A DNA stretch of 18,646 bases from Gemmatimonadota bacterium. GTDB taxonomy: Bacteria; Gemmatimonadota; Gemmatimonadetes; Longimicrobiales; RSA9. The stretch lies in the NCBI GenBank assembly GCA_040905425.1, contig JBBDRO010000094.1, forward strand, positions 1 through 18,646, read 5' to 3'. The position numbers and the translations under genes are program-made. Under the pieces are notes generated by a model. It was not told the origin of the DNA. It ran no database searches and saw only the letters and a list, made by a program, of their open reading frames with translations. Shown piece after piece: positions 1-8,574 of this stretch (positions are counted from its first letter, which is position 1; every line of letters begins with the position of its first letter).

Positions 1-86
1 GTTATGTTGCCAGGTTCCGGCGCGATCGGCGCGGCGGAGCCCTTTCGGACGGCCCCCCTGGCGGGCGGCCACGAGCAGCGGAGCCC

Positions 87-2579
87 ATGAGCGACGACGG
101 CAAGACGCCCTACCGCCCCACCGAGGTCGAGGAGAAGTGGCAGCGGGTCTGGACCGAGCGGGGGACCAACCTCTTTTCGGACGCGGAGTTGGACGGCGCC
201 GAGCGCCCCTTCTTCAATCTCATGATGTTCCCCTACCCTTCCGCCGAGGGGCTGCACGTGGGGAACATGTACGCCTTCACGGGCGCGGACATCTACGGGC
301 GCTGGAAGCGGCTCCTGGGTGAGGACGTCTTCGAGCCGATCGGCTTCGACGCCTTCGGCATCCACTCGGAGAACTTCGCGCTCAAGATCGGCACCCATCC
401 CATGGAGCTGATCCCCAGGAACGTGGCCAACTTTACGCGCCAGCTACGGCGCTTCGGGGCCATGTATGACTGGAACCACACGGTGAACACCACCGACCCG
501 TCCTATTACAAGTGGACGCAATGGCTCTTCCTGCAGCTCTACCACGCCGGGCTGGCGGTCAAGAAGGAGGCGCCGGTCAACTGGTGCCCCTCCTGCATGA
601 CCGTGCTGGCCAATGAACAAGTCATCGCGGGCGCGTGCGAGCGCTGCAACACGCCGGTGGAGCAGCGCACGCTCTCGCAGTGGTTCTTCCGCATCACCGA
701 GTACGCCCAGCGGCTGCTCGACAACCTGTCCTGGATCAACTGGTCCGAGAGCACCAAGAAGGCGCAGGAGAACTGGATCGGCCGGAGCGAGGGCGCCACG
801 GTGCACTTCCCGCTGGCACGCGGCAAGGTTGCCGAGGACCGGCACGAGGGCGCGGAGGTGCAGCCGGACCGCAACCGCATCTCCGTCTTCACCACGCGGC
901 CGGACACCATCTTCGGGGCCAGCTTCATGGTGCTGGCGCCGGAGCACCCGCTGGTGGAGCGGCTGACCAGTGACGAATGTCGTGCGGAGGTGGAGGCCTA
1001 CCGGCGCCACGCCGCCGCCATGGACCTGGTCTCCCGCAAGAAGACCGACCTGGACAAGGCCGGGGTCTTCACCGGTGGGTACTGCGTGAATCCCGCCACC
1101 GGGGAGGACATCCCCGTGTGGATTGCCGACTACGTGCTCATGGACTACGGCACGGGCGCCATCATGGCCGTGCCGGGCCACGACGAGCGGGACTTCGAGT
1201 TCGCCACGAAGTACGGGCTGCCCATCGTGCGGGTGGTGGCGGCGCGGGAGGAGGAGGCCGGCTATGCGCTGGAGGAGGCGTACACGGGGAACGGCGTGCT
1301 GGTCAACTCGGGGGACTTCAGCGGCACGCCGGTGGCCGAGTCGAAAGCCGCAATCACGGCCTGGCTGGCGGAGCGGAACCTCGGCGAGGCACGCATCAAC
1401 TACCGGCTGCACGATTGGTGCATCTCCCGCCAGCGCTACTGGGGCCCGCCCATCCCCATCATCTACTGTGACGCCTGCGGCACGGTGCCGGTACCCGAGG
1501 ACCAGCTCCCCGTGGAGCTGCCGTACGTGGAGAACTACAAGCCGGACGAGAGCGGCGTGAGCCCGCTGGCCCGTGACGACGCCTGGTTCCGGGTGCCCTG
1601 CCCCACGTGCGGCGCCGAGGCGCGGCGCGAGACGGACGTCAGTGACACCTTCCTGGACAGCGCCTGGTACTTCCTGCGCTACCCCAGCGTGGGCCGGGAC
1701 GACGTGGCGTTCGACGCGGAGCGCACGCGGCGCTGGCTGCCCGTGGACATGTACATCGGCGGCGAGGAGCACTCGGTGCTCCACCTGCTCTACAGCCGCT
1801 TCATCACCATGGTGCTGAAGGACCGCGGGCTGCTCGAGTTCGAGGAGCCCTACCACGCCTTCCGCAAACACGGCCTCCTGATCAAGGAGGGCGCCAAGAT
1901 GTCCAAGAGCCGGGGCAACGTGGTCATCCCGGACGAGTACATCGAGCGCTGGGGCGCGGACACCTTCCGCACCTACCTCATGTTCCTGGGCCCGTACCAG
2001 GAGGGCGGCGACTTCCGCGACCAGGGGCTGCAGGGGCCGTACGGCTTCCTGTCCCGCCTGTGGGATACGGTGGTGGAAGGTGAGCTGGCCGACGGCCCAC
2101 CCGAGGAGGTGGTGGAGCAGAAGCTCCATGCCACCATCCGCAAGGTCACCGAGGACATCGAGGGCCTGCGCTACAACACGGCCATCGCCGCCATGATGGA
2201 GTACCTGAACGCCGTGCGGGAGGGCAACCGCACGGCCCGGCGCACGGAGGTGGAGCCGCTCGTGGTGCTGGTGGCGCCCTTCGCGCCGCACCTGGCCGAG
2301 GAGCTCTGGGAGCGCCTGGGGCACGACACGCCGCTCTATGACACCGCCGCGCCCTGGCCCACCTACGATGCGGCCAAGGCCATCGCGGACACCGTGGAAT
2401 TCGTGGTGCAGGTCAACGGCAAGGTGCGCGCACGCATGGCCATGGACCGCGGCATCACGGAGGACGGCGCGCGCAGCGCGGCGCTGGCGGAGGACAACGT
2501 GGCCCGCCACCTCGAGGGCGCCACCATCCGCAAGGTCATCTTCGTGCCGGACCGGCTGGTGAACATCGTGGCGGGCTGA
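87..2579 (+). CDS. leuS: Leucine--tRNA ligase
   Basis: 830 aa ORF with MFPYPSAEGLHVGN (HIGH motif), KMSKS, the CP1 editing motifs FTTRPDT and GTGAIMAVPGHDERD, DWCISRQRYWG, and C-terminal VVQVNGKVR. Confidence 0.98.
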   Translation: MSDDGKTPYRPTEVEEKWQRVWTERGTNLFSDAELDGAERPFFNLMMFPYPSAEGLHVGNMYAFTGADIYGRWKRLLGEDVFEPIGFDAFGIHSENFALKIGTHPMELIPRNVANFTRQLRRFGAMYDWNHTVNTTDPSYYKWTQWLFLQLYHAGLAVKKEAPVNWCPSCMTVLANEQVIAGACERCNTPVEQRTLSQWFFRITEYAQRLLDNLSWINWSESTKKAQENWIGRSEGATVHFPLARGKVAEDRHEGAEVQPDRNRISVFTTRPDTIFGASFMVLAPEHPLVERLTSDECRAEVEAYRRHAAAMDLVSRKKTDLDKAGVFTGGYCVNPATGEDIPVWIADYVLMDYGTGAIMAVPGHDERDFEFATKYGLPIVRVVAAREEEAGYALEEAYTGNGVLVNSGDFSGTPVAESKAAITAWLAERNLGEARINYRLHDWCISRQRYWGPPIPIIYCDACGTVPVPEDQLPVELPYVENYKPDESGVSPLARDDAWFRVPCPTCGAEARRETDVSDTFLDSAWYFLRYPSVGRDDVAFDAERTRRWLPVDMYIGGEEHSVLHLLYSRFITMVLKDRGLLEFEEPYHAFRKHGLLIKEGAKMSKSRGNVVIPDEYIERWGADTFRTYLMFLGPYQEGGDFRDQGLQGPYGFLSRLWDTVVEGELADGPPEEVVEQKLHATIRKVTEDIEGLRYNTAIAAMMEYLNAVREGNRTARRTEVEPLVVLVAPFAPHLAEELWERLGHDTPLYDTAAPWPTYDAAKAIADTVEFVVQVNGKVRARMAMDRGITEDGARSAALAEDNVARHLEGATIRKVIFVPDRLVNIVAG

Positions 2580-2588
2580 CCGTCCGGG

Positions 2589-4184
2589 TCAGCCGCCAGA
2601 GGTCGGGGGCGCACCGGCGGGCCGGCCACCGACAGGCGGAAGCGGCGGGTCGACGCCCACGCCGCCCTCAGCCGGGGGCCGTGCGGCCGGCTCCGGCGGA
2701 CACGCCTGCGCGCGCAATGCCGCCTCCCGCTCTCCCACGAGCCGCAGCGCGTTGGAGCGTGCATGGTTCCAGCTGCGCCAGTCCCCCGGACGGTCCGCCG
2801 CACGGGATCCGGCGCCCCATCGCGTGACCAGCCAGTGGGCCGTGGCACAGCGGCTGGCCTCCGGCAGCGTGGGCAACGCGGCCACGATGGCGGGCACCGC
2901 ATCGGCGCTCAACTCACGCAGGTAGGCGGCGTCGAACTCGGCGCCGGCGCGCGCGCGCTCCACGTTGGCTTCCACGATGCGCGCGTCGGGGTTCACCGCC
3001 GCCAGCAGGACCACCGCGGCCAGCGCGCTCGTGACGGCACCGCCGATGAACCCGCGCGGCGCGCCGCGCAGCACGGTCACCGAGAAGAGCACGAAGATCA
3101 CGGCCAGCCAGATGATGAACGCCGTGGTCAGGAAGCGCAGATGCGTGAGGCCGTACGCCTCCTGGTAGAGCCGCATGCGGTACAATGCCGAGGCGATCAG
3201 CACGAACACCAGTACCTCCAGGCCGGCCGCCATCAGGCGGACGAGGCGCTGCCGCGCCTCCGGTTCGTCGCGCACGAGCCAGAGCCCCACGAGCAGCATC
3301 GGTAGCACCAGGAAAGCCGCCGTCACCATCTCGAAGAAGCCGCTGCGCGCGTACTCGGCGTATGTCAGCCCCGTCGTGCCCTGCACCAGCGCTTCGCCGC
3401 CGAACAGGTACGTGGACTGCACGGCAATGAAGGCCACGAACAGCGCGCTCACCATGCCGAGCGCCACGCCCACCTCGACCATGCCGGCGCGGACCCCCAG
3501 CGCACTGCTCGGCGGTACGCGGCTGCCGTCGTTCACCATCACCCAGTAGAGCCAGCCCGCACCGAGCCAGGCGAAGACGCCGGTGAGGAGGACGTGGCTG
3601 GCCACCAGCTCCACGTCGATATCCACGAGGTCACTCAGCAGACGCGCGAAGGCGGCGTCCGCCGACACGAACAGCGCGCCGAAGACCACCAGCGGCGGCA
3701 GCGCGAGCAGAATGCCCCGGACCACCGCCCCCGCCCGGGTGTTCCACGGTGCCCACCGCACCACGCCCGGGCCGGTCTCGAGCGCGAGCCGCACGGCGCC
3801 GAACATCGCGTGCAGCACCATGGCCACGCCCTCCGTGACCAGCTCCCACACCCCCGCGCGCTGCAGCCCGCGGCCATGCGCCGCCAGCGCGGCGCCAGCG
3901 AGCGCGAGCAACACGCCGAGCACGGCCAGCCCCGTCAGGGGTTCCGAGGCCCGCCACATCAGCACCGCGGCGAGCACGGGCACCGTGGCCCCCAACCACG
4001 TGGCCGCGCCGCCGAGCGGCAGCTCCAGCCGCCGCACGAGCACGGTAAATCCCAGCGTGAACGCGAGCGCCGCCAGGAAGGCGTTCAGGCCCCACGGCTC
4101 GACGCGCAGCAGGAGGTTGCCGGCAATGCCGAGCAGCACGGCCAGGCCGAACACCCTCAGGGCCACGTACGACTTCCGGTCCAT
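2589..4184 (-). CDS. Multi-pass membrane protein, DUF4173/DUF4153-like
   Basis: Many hydrophobic segments; motifs TYAEYARSGFFE, RMRLYQEAYGLTHLR, LSADAVP, DWRSWN. Start placed at ATG 4184 after AGGAGG; ATG 4199, overlapping the upstream stop, is an alternative. Confidence 0.8.
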   Translation of the reverse strand: MDRKSYVALRVFGLAVLLGIAGNLLLRVEPWGLNAFLAALAFTLGFTVLVRRLELPLGGAATWLGATVPVLAAVLMWRASEPLTGLAVLGVLLALAGAALAAHGRGLQRAGVWELVTEGVAMVLHAMFGAVRLALETGPGVVRWAPWNTRAGAVVRGILLALPPLVVFGALFVSADAAFARLLSDLVDIDVELVASHVLLTGVFAWLGAGWLYWVMVNDGSRVPPSSALGVRAGMVEVGVALGMVSALFVAFIAVQSTYLFGGEALVQGTTGLTYAEYARSGFFEMVTAAFLVLPMLLVGLWLVRDEPEARQRLVRLMAAGLEVLVFVLIASALYRMRLYQEAYGLTHLRFLTTAFIIWLAVIFVLFSVTVLRGAPRGFIGGAVTSALAAVVLLAAVNPDARIVEANVERARAGAEFDAAYLRELSADAVPAIVAALPTLPEASRCATAHWLVTRWGAGSRAADRPGDWRSWNHARSNALRLVGEREAALRAQACPPEPAARPPAEGGVGVDPPLPPVGGRPAGAPPTSGG

Positions 4185-4198
4185 CTTCTCCTCCTGCA

Positions 4199-4936
<738 letters not shown>

Positions 4937-5019
4937 AAAGTATCCTCCGATAATAGTGCGGCGCGTAGTGCGGCGCTCAACCTGCCGGGCGCGACCGGCC
5001 ATGCGCGACCGGGTGGACC

Positions 5020-5412
5020 TCAGCCCTCCCGGACCGCCTGGTTGAGTGCTTCCATGTGACCGAGGTAGTGCTCCAGCGCGCGTCGCCCCCGGGGCGTGAG
5101 GCGATAATCGGTGCGCGGCACGCGGTCCTGGAAGGACTTCGTGCAGCTCACGTAGTCCGCCTCCTCGAGCTTGCGGGCGTGCACGCTCAGATTGCCGTCC
5201 GTGGCCTCGAGCACCTGCTTCAGCTCGTTGAAGCTCATCACGTCGGTCACGGCGAGCGCGCTCAGCATGCCCAGCCGCATGCGCTCGTGGATCAGCCGGT
5301 CGAACGCCGGCGCGGCCGCGATGCCGTCGTGACCCGTCAGGCGGGGCACGCCGCGACGCTCGTGTTCGTCCTCCGGGCGCTGCGCGCGCCGCGTCGCGCT
5401 CGGCTCAGCCAT
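5020..5412 (-). CDS. Winged-helix transcriptional regulator (ArsR/MarR-like, HTH_34 type)
   Basis: [16 protein letters not shown]...SFNELK...[18 protein letters not shown]...[12 protein letters not shown] pattern; first gene of the operon. Confidence 0.9.
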   Translation of the reverse strand: MAEPSATRRAQRPEDEHERRGVPRLTGHDGIAAAPAFDRLIHERMRLGMLSALAVTDVMSFNELKQVLEATDGNLSVHARKLEEADYVSCTKSFQDRVPRTDYRLTPRGRRALEHYLGHMEALNQAVREG

Positions 5413-5465
5413 GCCGCCCGCCGGGGCGTGGGACTCGTAGCGATCGGTAAGGTCTCATGGTCTCC

Positions 5466-5494
5466 AATATCGCCATCGTCGGGCCTGGTGTCAA
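5466..5494 (-). promoter_or_regulatory. sigma70-type promoter of the regulator operon
   Basis: Minus strand TTGACA (5494-5489), 17-bp spacer, GATATT (5471-5466). Confidence 0.65.
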
Positions 5495-5495
5495 G

Positions 5496-5512
5496 TACTT
5501 TGCAACACAAAG
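5496..5512. promoter_or_regulatory. Palindromic operator copy 1, abutting the -35 box
   Basis: TACTTTG-CAACA-CAAAG (CTTTG-N5-CAAAG inverted repeat), AT-rich in a GC-rich context. Confidence 0.7.
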
Positions 5513-5550
5513 ACATGGCCGGGCGCCGCAGCACACACCGGGCGCTATAA

Positions 5551-5566
5551 GGGCATGGCGTTTGCA
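5551..5566 (+). promoter_or_regulatory. Candidate sigma54 (-24/-12) promoter for the CsbD-family gene
   Basis: GGGCATGGCGTTTGCA has GG-N10-GC spacing with TTGCA. Confidence 0.55.
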
Positions 5567-5639
5567 CACTTAGGGCGTCGGCTGGCGGCGCGCGCCGATC
5601 GCGCCCCAGCACTGGCACCCATGACCGAAGGAGTAACCC

Positions 5640-5861
5640 ATGGTCGACCGCAAGAGGCACAACAAGGGCACCGAGAACCGCATCAAGGGCGCCAGCAAGG
5701 AGCTGGAGGGCAAGGTGCGCAAGCACATCGGTGACGCCACTGACGACAAGGGCCAGGAGTTCAAGGGCAAGGCCCAGGAGCTCAAGGGCAAGGCCCAGAA
5801 GAAGTGGGGTGAGGCGCAGCAGAAGGTGGCGCGCCGCGACGAGCGGAAGGACACGCCGTAG
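5640..5861 (+). CDS. CsbD-family small stress protein
   Basis: 73 aa; NRIKGASKELEGKVRKHIGDATDD...KGKAQELKGKAQKKWGE pattern; SD AAGGAG upstream. Confidence 0.88.
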   Translation: MVDRKRHNKGTENRIKGASKELEGKVRKHIGDATDDKGQEFKGKAQELKGKAQKKWGEAQQKVARRDERKDTP

Positions 5862-5880
5862 CGCTGCTCCGACCGTATGT

Positions 5881-5914
5881 GGGACGGGCGGAGGCGGATG
5901 CCTCCGCCCGTCTC
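5881..5914 (+). terminator. Strong stem-loop after the CsbD-family gene
   Basis: GGGACGGGCGGAGGC-GGAT-GCCTCCGCCCGTCTC; only a weak T tail (GCTTT). Confidence 0.55.
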
Positions 5915-6029
5915 GCTTTGGAGGCCGTTTCCCCTCTGGAGAGGGGCCCCTTTGGGGCGTCGCGGAGCGTGCCGGAAAGAGCGCATTCGGAGCGCGTCGA
6001 GGCGTCGCATCCTCGTCGCTTTTAAGGGG

Positions 6030-6058
6030 TTGACACCCCTCCGGACCACGGTTAGTTT
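6030..6058 (+). promoter_or_regulatory. sigma70 promoter of the tRNA array
   Basis: TTGACA (6030-6035), 17 bp, TAGTTT (6053-6058), 11 bp before tRNA-fMet. Confidence 0.8.
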
Positions 6059-6069
6059 TTCGGTCTTGA

Positions 6070-6143
6070 CGCGGGGTGGAGCAGTCTGGTAGCTCGCCGG
6101 GCTCATAACCCGGAGGTCGCGGGTTCAAATCCCGCCCCCGCTA
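6070..6143 (+). tRNA. tRNA-fMet (CAT), initiator
   Basis: Cloverleaf; CCGGG-CTCATAA-CCCGG; unpaired C1:U72 and three consecutive G-C pairs in the anticodon stem. Confidence 0.96.
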
Positions 6144-6185
6144 TTTTTTCGCCCGACGCGCCGGCCCGCCGGCGCGCGCGAGAGA

Positions 6186-6217
6186 CCTGCGCGCCGCAAG
6201 AGCCGCGCGGGTTTTTT
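6186..6217 (+). terminator. Terminator-like hairpin between tRNA-fMet and tRNA-Phe
   Basis: CCTGCGCG-N10-CGCGCGGG followed by TTTTTT. Confidence 0.45.
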
Positions 6218-6233
6218 CTCGACGCGAGCAGAG

Positions 6234-6306
6234 GGCCAGGTAGCTCAGTTGGTAGAGCACACGACTGAAAATCGTGGTGTCGGCAGTTCGATTCTGCCCC
6301 TGGCCA
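6234..6306 (+). tRNA. tRNA-Phe (GAA)
   Basis: GGCCAGG/CCTGGCC acceptor; CACGA-CTGAAAA-TCGTG. Confidence 0.97.
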
Positions 6307-6337
6307 CTCGCGGAGGCTCCGGTCTTCGCCGCCATGG

Positions 6338-6410
6338 ACGCCCGTAGCTCAACTGGCAGAGCACCGGTCTCCAAAACCGGGGGTTGGGGGTTCGATTCCC
6401 TCCGGGCGTG
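6338..6410 (+). tRNA. tRNA-Trp (CCA)
   Basis: ACGCCCG/CGGGCGT acceptor; CCGGT-CTCCAAA-ACCGG. Confidence 0.97.
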
Positions 6411-6431
6411 TGCAGGACAGTGAAGGATCAG

Positions 6432-6504
6432 GCCCCCATCGTCTAGTGGCCTAGGACATCTGGTTCTCAGCCAGAAAACCGGGGTTCGATTCCCCGTGGG
6501 GGTA
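6432..6504 (+). tRNA. tRNA-Glu (CTC)
   Basis: GCCCCCA/TGGGGGT acceptor; TCTGG-TTCTCAG-CCAGA. Confidence 0.96.
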
Positions 6505-6519
6505 TCGGCGCGGGCTCTG

Positions 6520-6591
6520 GCCCCCATCGTCTAACGGTCAGGACGCCACTCTTTCAAGGTGGAGACCGGGGTTCGATTCCCCGTGGGGGCG
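6520..6591 (+). tRNA. tRNA-Glu (TTC)
   Basis: GCCCCCA/TGGGGGC acceptor; CCACT-CTTTCAA-GGTGG. Confidence 0.96.
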
Positions 6592-6630
6592 TCAAGCGGT
6601 ACGGAGTCGGTCAGAGCAAGTACGAGAGTC

Positions 6631-6703
6631 GCGGGCGTAGCTCAGTTGGTAGAGCGTCTGCTTGCCATGCAGAAGGTCGCCGGTTCGAGTCCGGTCGCCC
6701 GCT
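6631..6703 (+). tRNA. tRNA-Gly (GCC)
   Basis: GCGGGCG/CGCCCGC acceptor; TCTGC-TTGCCAT-GCAGA; U73. Confidence 0.97.
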
Positions 6704-6768
6704 CTCAGGATCCCGATCCGGTGGTCACCACGGGTCGGGATGCCCCTTGAAGGGGGTCGGGACGTAAG

Positions 6769-6843
6769 GGGGCTGTAGCTCAGTTTGGTTAGAGTGCCGG
6801 TCTGTCACACCGGAGGTCGCGGGTTCAAGTCCCGTCAGCCCCG
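6769..6843 (+). tRNA. tRNA-Asp (GTC)
   Basis: GGGGCTG/CAGCCCC acceptor; CCGGT-CTGTCAC-ACCGG; G73. Confidence 0.97.
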
Positions 6844-6891
6844 CTGAGTGGTCTGGACGCTGGACGCTGGTTGAAAACATGGGTTGAGAAG

Positions 6892-6907
6892 GGGGCTGTA
6901 GCTCAGT
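6892..6907 (+). pseudogene. Isolated tRNA 5' fragment
   Basis: GGGGCTGTAGCTCAGT is identical to the 5' ends of the flanking tRNA-Asp and tRNA-Ala(GGC); no TTCGA loop or complementary acceptor strand follows. Confidence 0.6.
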
Positions 6908-6986
6908 GAGCCTGCGGCGACTTCGCTTCAGGCTCTGGTGGGGTCTCTGGCCCGGCCATGGGTAGGCCCTGGTTACGTTGTAGGAG

Positions 6987-7059
6987 GGGGCTGTAGCTCA
7001 GTTGGGAGAGCGCCTGAATGGCATTCAGGAGGTCAGGGGTTCGATTCCCCTCAGCTCCA
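6987..7059 (+). tRNA. tRNA-Ala (GGC)
   Basis: G3:U70 pair; CCTGA-ATGGCAT-TCAGG. Confidence 0.97.
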
Positions 7060-7087
7060 TCGACGTGCGCTGGGCGCACGGTCGTCT

Positions 7088-7171
7088 GCTCGGATGGCGG
7101 AATTGGTAGACGCGCAGGATTCAGGATCCTGTGGGGGTAACCTCGTGAGGGTTCGAGTCCCTCTCCGAGCA
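7088..7171 (+). tRNA. tRNA-Leu (CAG)
   Basis: GCTCGGA/TCCGAGC acceptor; CAGGA-TTCAGGA-TCCTG; long variable arm. Confidence 0.96.
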
Positions 7172-7185
7172 TTTCAGGTCATTGG

Positions 7186-7269
7186 GCCCACGTGCTGAAA
7201 TTGGTAGACAGGCTGGTTTGAGGGACCAGTGCCGGAAACGGCGTACAGGTTCGAGTCCTGTCGTGGGCA
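7186..7269 (+). tRNA. tRNA-Leu (GAG)
   Basis: GCCCACG/CGTGGGC acceptor; CTGGT-TTGAGGG-ACCAG; long variable arm. Confidence 0.96.
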
Positions 7270-7310
7270 TCGGGAAGTGGAGGTCGGACGGCCGGTCCTC
7301 CCATGAAAGC

Positions 7311-7393
7311 GGTGGGGTACCGAAGCGGCCAAACGGGGCAGACTGTAAATCTGCTGGCTCCGGCCTACGAAGGTTCGAATCCTTCCCCCACCA
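7311..7393 (+). tRNA. tRNA-Tyr (GTA)
   Basis: GGTGGGG/CCCCACC acceptor; GCAGA-CTGTAAA-TCTGC; long variable arm. Confidence 0.97.
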
Positions 7394-7416
7394 TTGCGGA
7401 GTGCGTGCGGCGCGCC

Positions 7417-7490
<74 letters not shown>

Positions 7491-7524
7491 CTGGACGTGC
7501 GGATGGACGGAACGTGCGGGATAT

Positions 7525-7597
7525 GGGGCTGTAGCTCAGCTGGGAGAGCGCCTGGATCGCACCCAGGAGGTCAGGGGTTCGAGCCCCCTCAGCTCCA
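7525..7597 (+). tRNA. tRNA-Ala (CGC)
   Basis: G3:U70 pair; CCTGG-ATCGCAC-CCAGG. Confidence 0.97.
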
Positions 7598-7614
7598 CTG
7601 TCGGAGGATCGCCC

Positions 7615-7686
7615 GCCACCGTAGCTCAGAGGTAGAGCACTCGATTCGTAATCGAGCGGTCGTCGGTTCAATTCCGACCGGTGGCT
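7615..7686 (+). tRNA. tRNA-Thr (CGT)
   Basis: GCCACCG/CGGTGGC acceptor; CTCGA-TTCGTAA-TCGAG. Confidence 0.97.
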
Positions 7687-7714
7687 CTGCGGCGGGTCCA
7701 CGCGACCACCGCAT

Positions 7715-7787
7715 GCGGGAGTAGCTCAGTTGGTAGAGCATCAGCTTCCCAAGCTGAGGGTCGCGGGTTCGAGTCCCGTCTCCCGCT
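7715..7787 (+). tRNA. tRNA-Gly (CCC)
   Basis: GCGGGAG/CTCCCGC acceptor; TCAGC-TTCCCAA-GCTGA. Confidence 0.97.
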
Positions 7788-7823
7788 CTGGTGGTCCGCA
7801 CCGTGCGAGCCATCAACGGACAT

Positions 7824-7896
7824 TGCCCCTTGGTGTAACTGGCAACACGCCTGACTCTGGATCAGGAGAGTCCTGGTTCGAACCCAGGAGGGGCAA
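7824..7896 (+). tRNA. tRNA-Gln (CTG)
   Basis: TGCCCCT/AGGGGCA acceptor (U1-A72); CCTGA-CTCTGGA-TCAGG. Confidence 0.96.
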
Positions 7897-7956
7897 CTTC
7901 GACGGGCTTCGGCCGGCTCGAGGCCCGTCGTTCAGGGTGGCCCTGGCCGCCTGCCT

Positions 7957-8042
7957 GGAGAGGTAGCCAAGTGGTTACGGCAACGGTTTGCTAAACCGTC
8001 GCGCCCGAAAGGCGCGCGTGGGTTCGAATCCCACCCTCTCCG
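7957..8042 (+). tRNA. tRNA-Ser (GCT)
   Basis: GGAGAGG/CCTCTCC acceptor; ACGGT-TTGCTAA-ACCGT; long variable arm. Confidence 0.96.
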
Positions 8043-8047
8043 CTTAC

Positions 8048-8133
8048 GGACAGGTGTCCGAGTGGCTTAAGGAGCACGATTGGAAATCGTGTGGGGTTAA
8101 TAGCCCTCGAGGGTTCGAATCCCTCCCTGTCCG
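8048..8133 (+). tRNA. tRNA-Ser (GGA)
   Basis: GGACAGG/CCTGTCC acceptor; CACGA-TTGGAAA-TCGTG; long variable arm. Confidence 0.96.
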
Positions 8134-8247
8134 CTGAGTGTCCACCGAGGACACCAACCGCTCGGCGGTTTCCCGAAAGCCGACGTTGCGGTGCCCGGAG
8201 CGCGCACCGGCGCGTTCACCAGCATGCGGTTCGCCGTGTGCCCCCAT

Positions 8248-8321
8248 CGGGGAGTAGCTCAGCCCGGTAGAGCACTGCGTTCGGGACGCAGGGGCCGCAG
8301 GTTCAAATCCTGTCTCCCCGA
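8248..8321 (+). tRNA. tRNA-Pro (CGG)
   Basis: CGGGGAG/CTCCCCG acceptor; CTGCG-TTCGGGA-CGCAG. Confidence 0.97.
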
Positions 8322-8358
8322 CCTTTCGACGGTCACGGCAACGTGGCTTCGGTCGGCC

Positions 8359-8388
8359 GAAAAGCCCGCCTGATCAGGCGGGTTTTTC
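8359..8388. terminator. Bidirectional intrinsic terminator closing the tRNA array
   Basis: GAAAAGCCCGCCT-GATC-AGGCGGGTTTTTC; T tracts follow the stem on both strands. Confidence 0.85.
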
Positions 8389-8526
8389 GTGTATATAGAG
8401 GTCACGTCCCGGCGGGCCTCCTGTCCGCTTTCCCTTCCTTTCAAGCGACGATCTCCTATCTTCCTTCGGGCGCTCCTCTCCTTCCCGGACGCCTCATTCC
8501 ATCCCCTGCAGACGCCGCGGCACGGC
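8359..8526 (-). ncRNA. Candidate GGA-repeat small RNA (CsrB/RsmY/RsmZ-like architecture)
   Basis: 12 GGA trinucleotides on the minus strand within 8407-8504, many in loops of short hairpins, ending in the 8359-8388 terminator. The 5' end is a guess from TATGGT at 8538-8533. Confidence 0.45.
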
Positions 8527-8533
8527 ACTTGAA
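8518..8533 (+). promoter_or_regulatory. Candidate sigma54 promoter for the GH6 gene
   Basis: CGGCACGGCACTTGAA resembles TGGCACG-N4-TTGCW, with GA instead of GC at -12. Confidence 0.4.
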
Positions 8534-8574
8534 CCATACAAACAGGCTTTTCACACGCACTTGGGGGAACCCAG

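Noticed and set aside
444..2510. 688-aa minus-strand ORF and other long ORFs antisense to leuS, GH6, the DUF4173-like gene and the integrase
   Set aside because: Shadow ORFs expected from high-GC codon bias; no motifs, and they fully overlap well-supported genes.
4937..5002. Longer N-terminus for the uppS-like gene
   Set aside because: ATG 4936 has a well-spaced GGAGG and starts just before the conserved HVAIIMDGN motif.
6892..6986. tmRNA 5' end or an intron-containing tRNA
   Set aside because: GGGGCTG is followed by TAGCTCAG (tRNA-like), and there is no matching 3' acceptor or T arm, tag frame or intron core.
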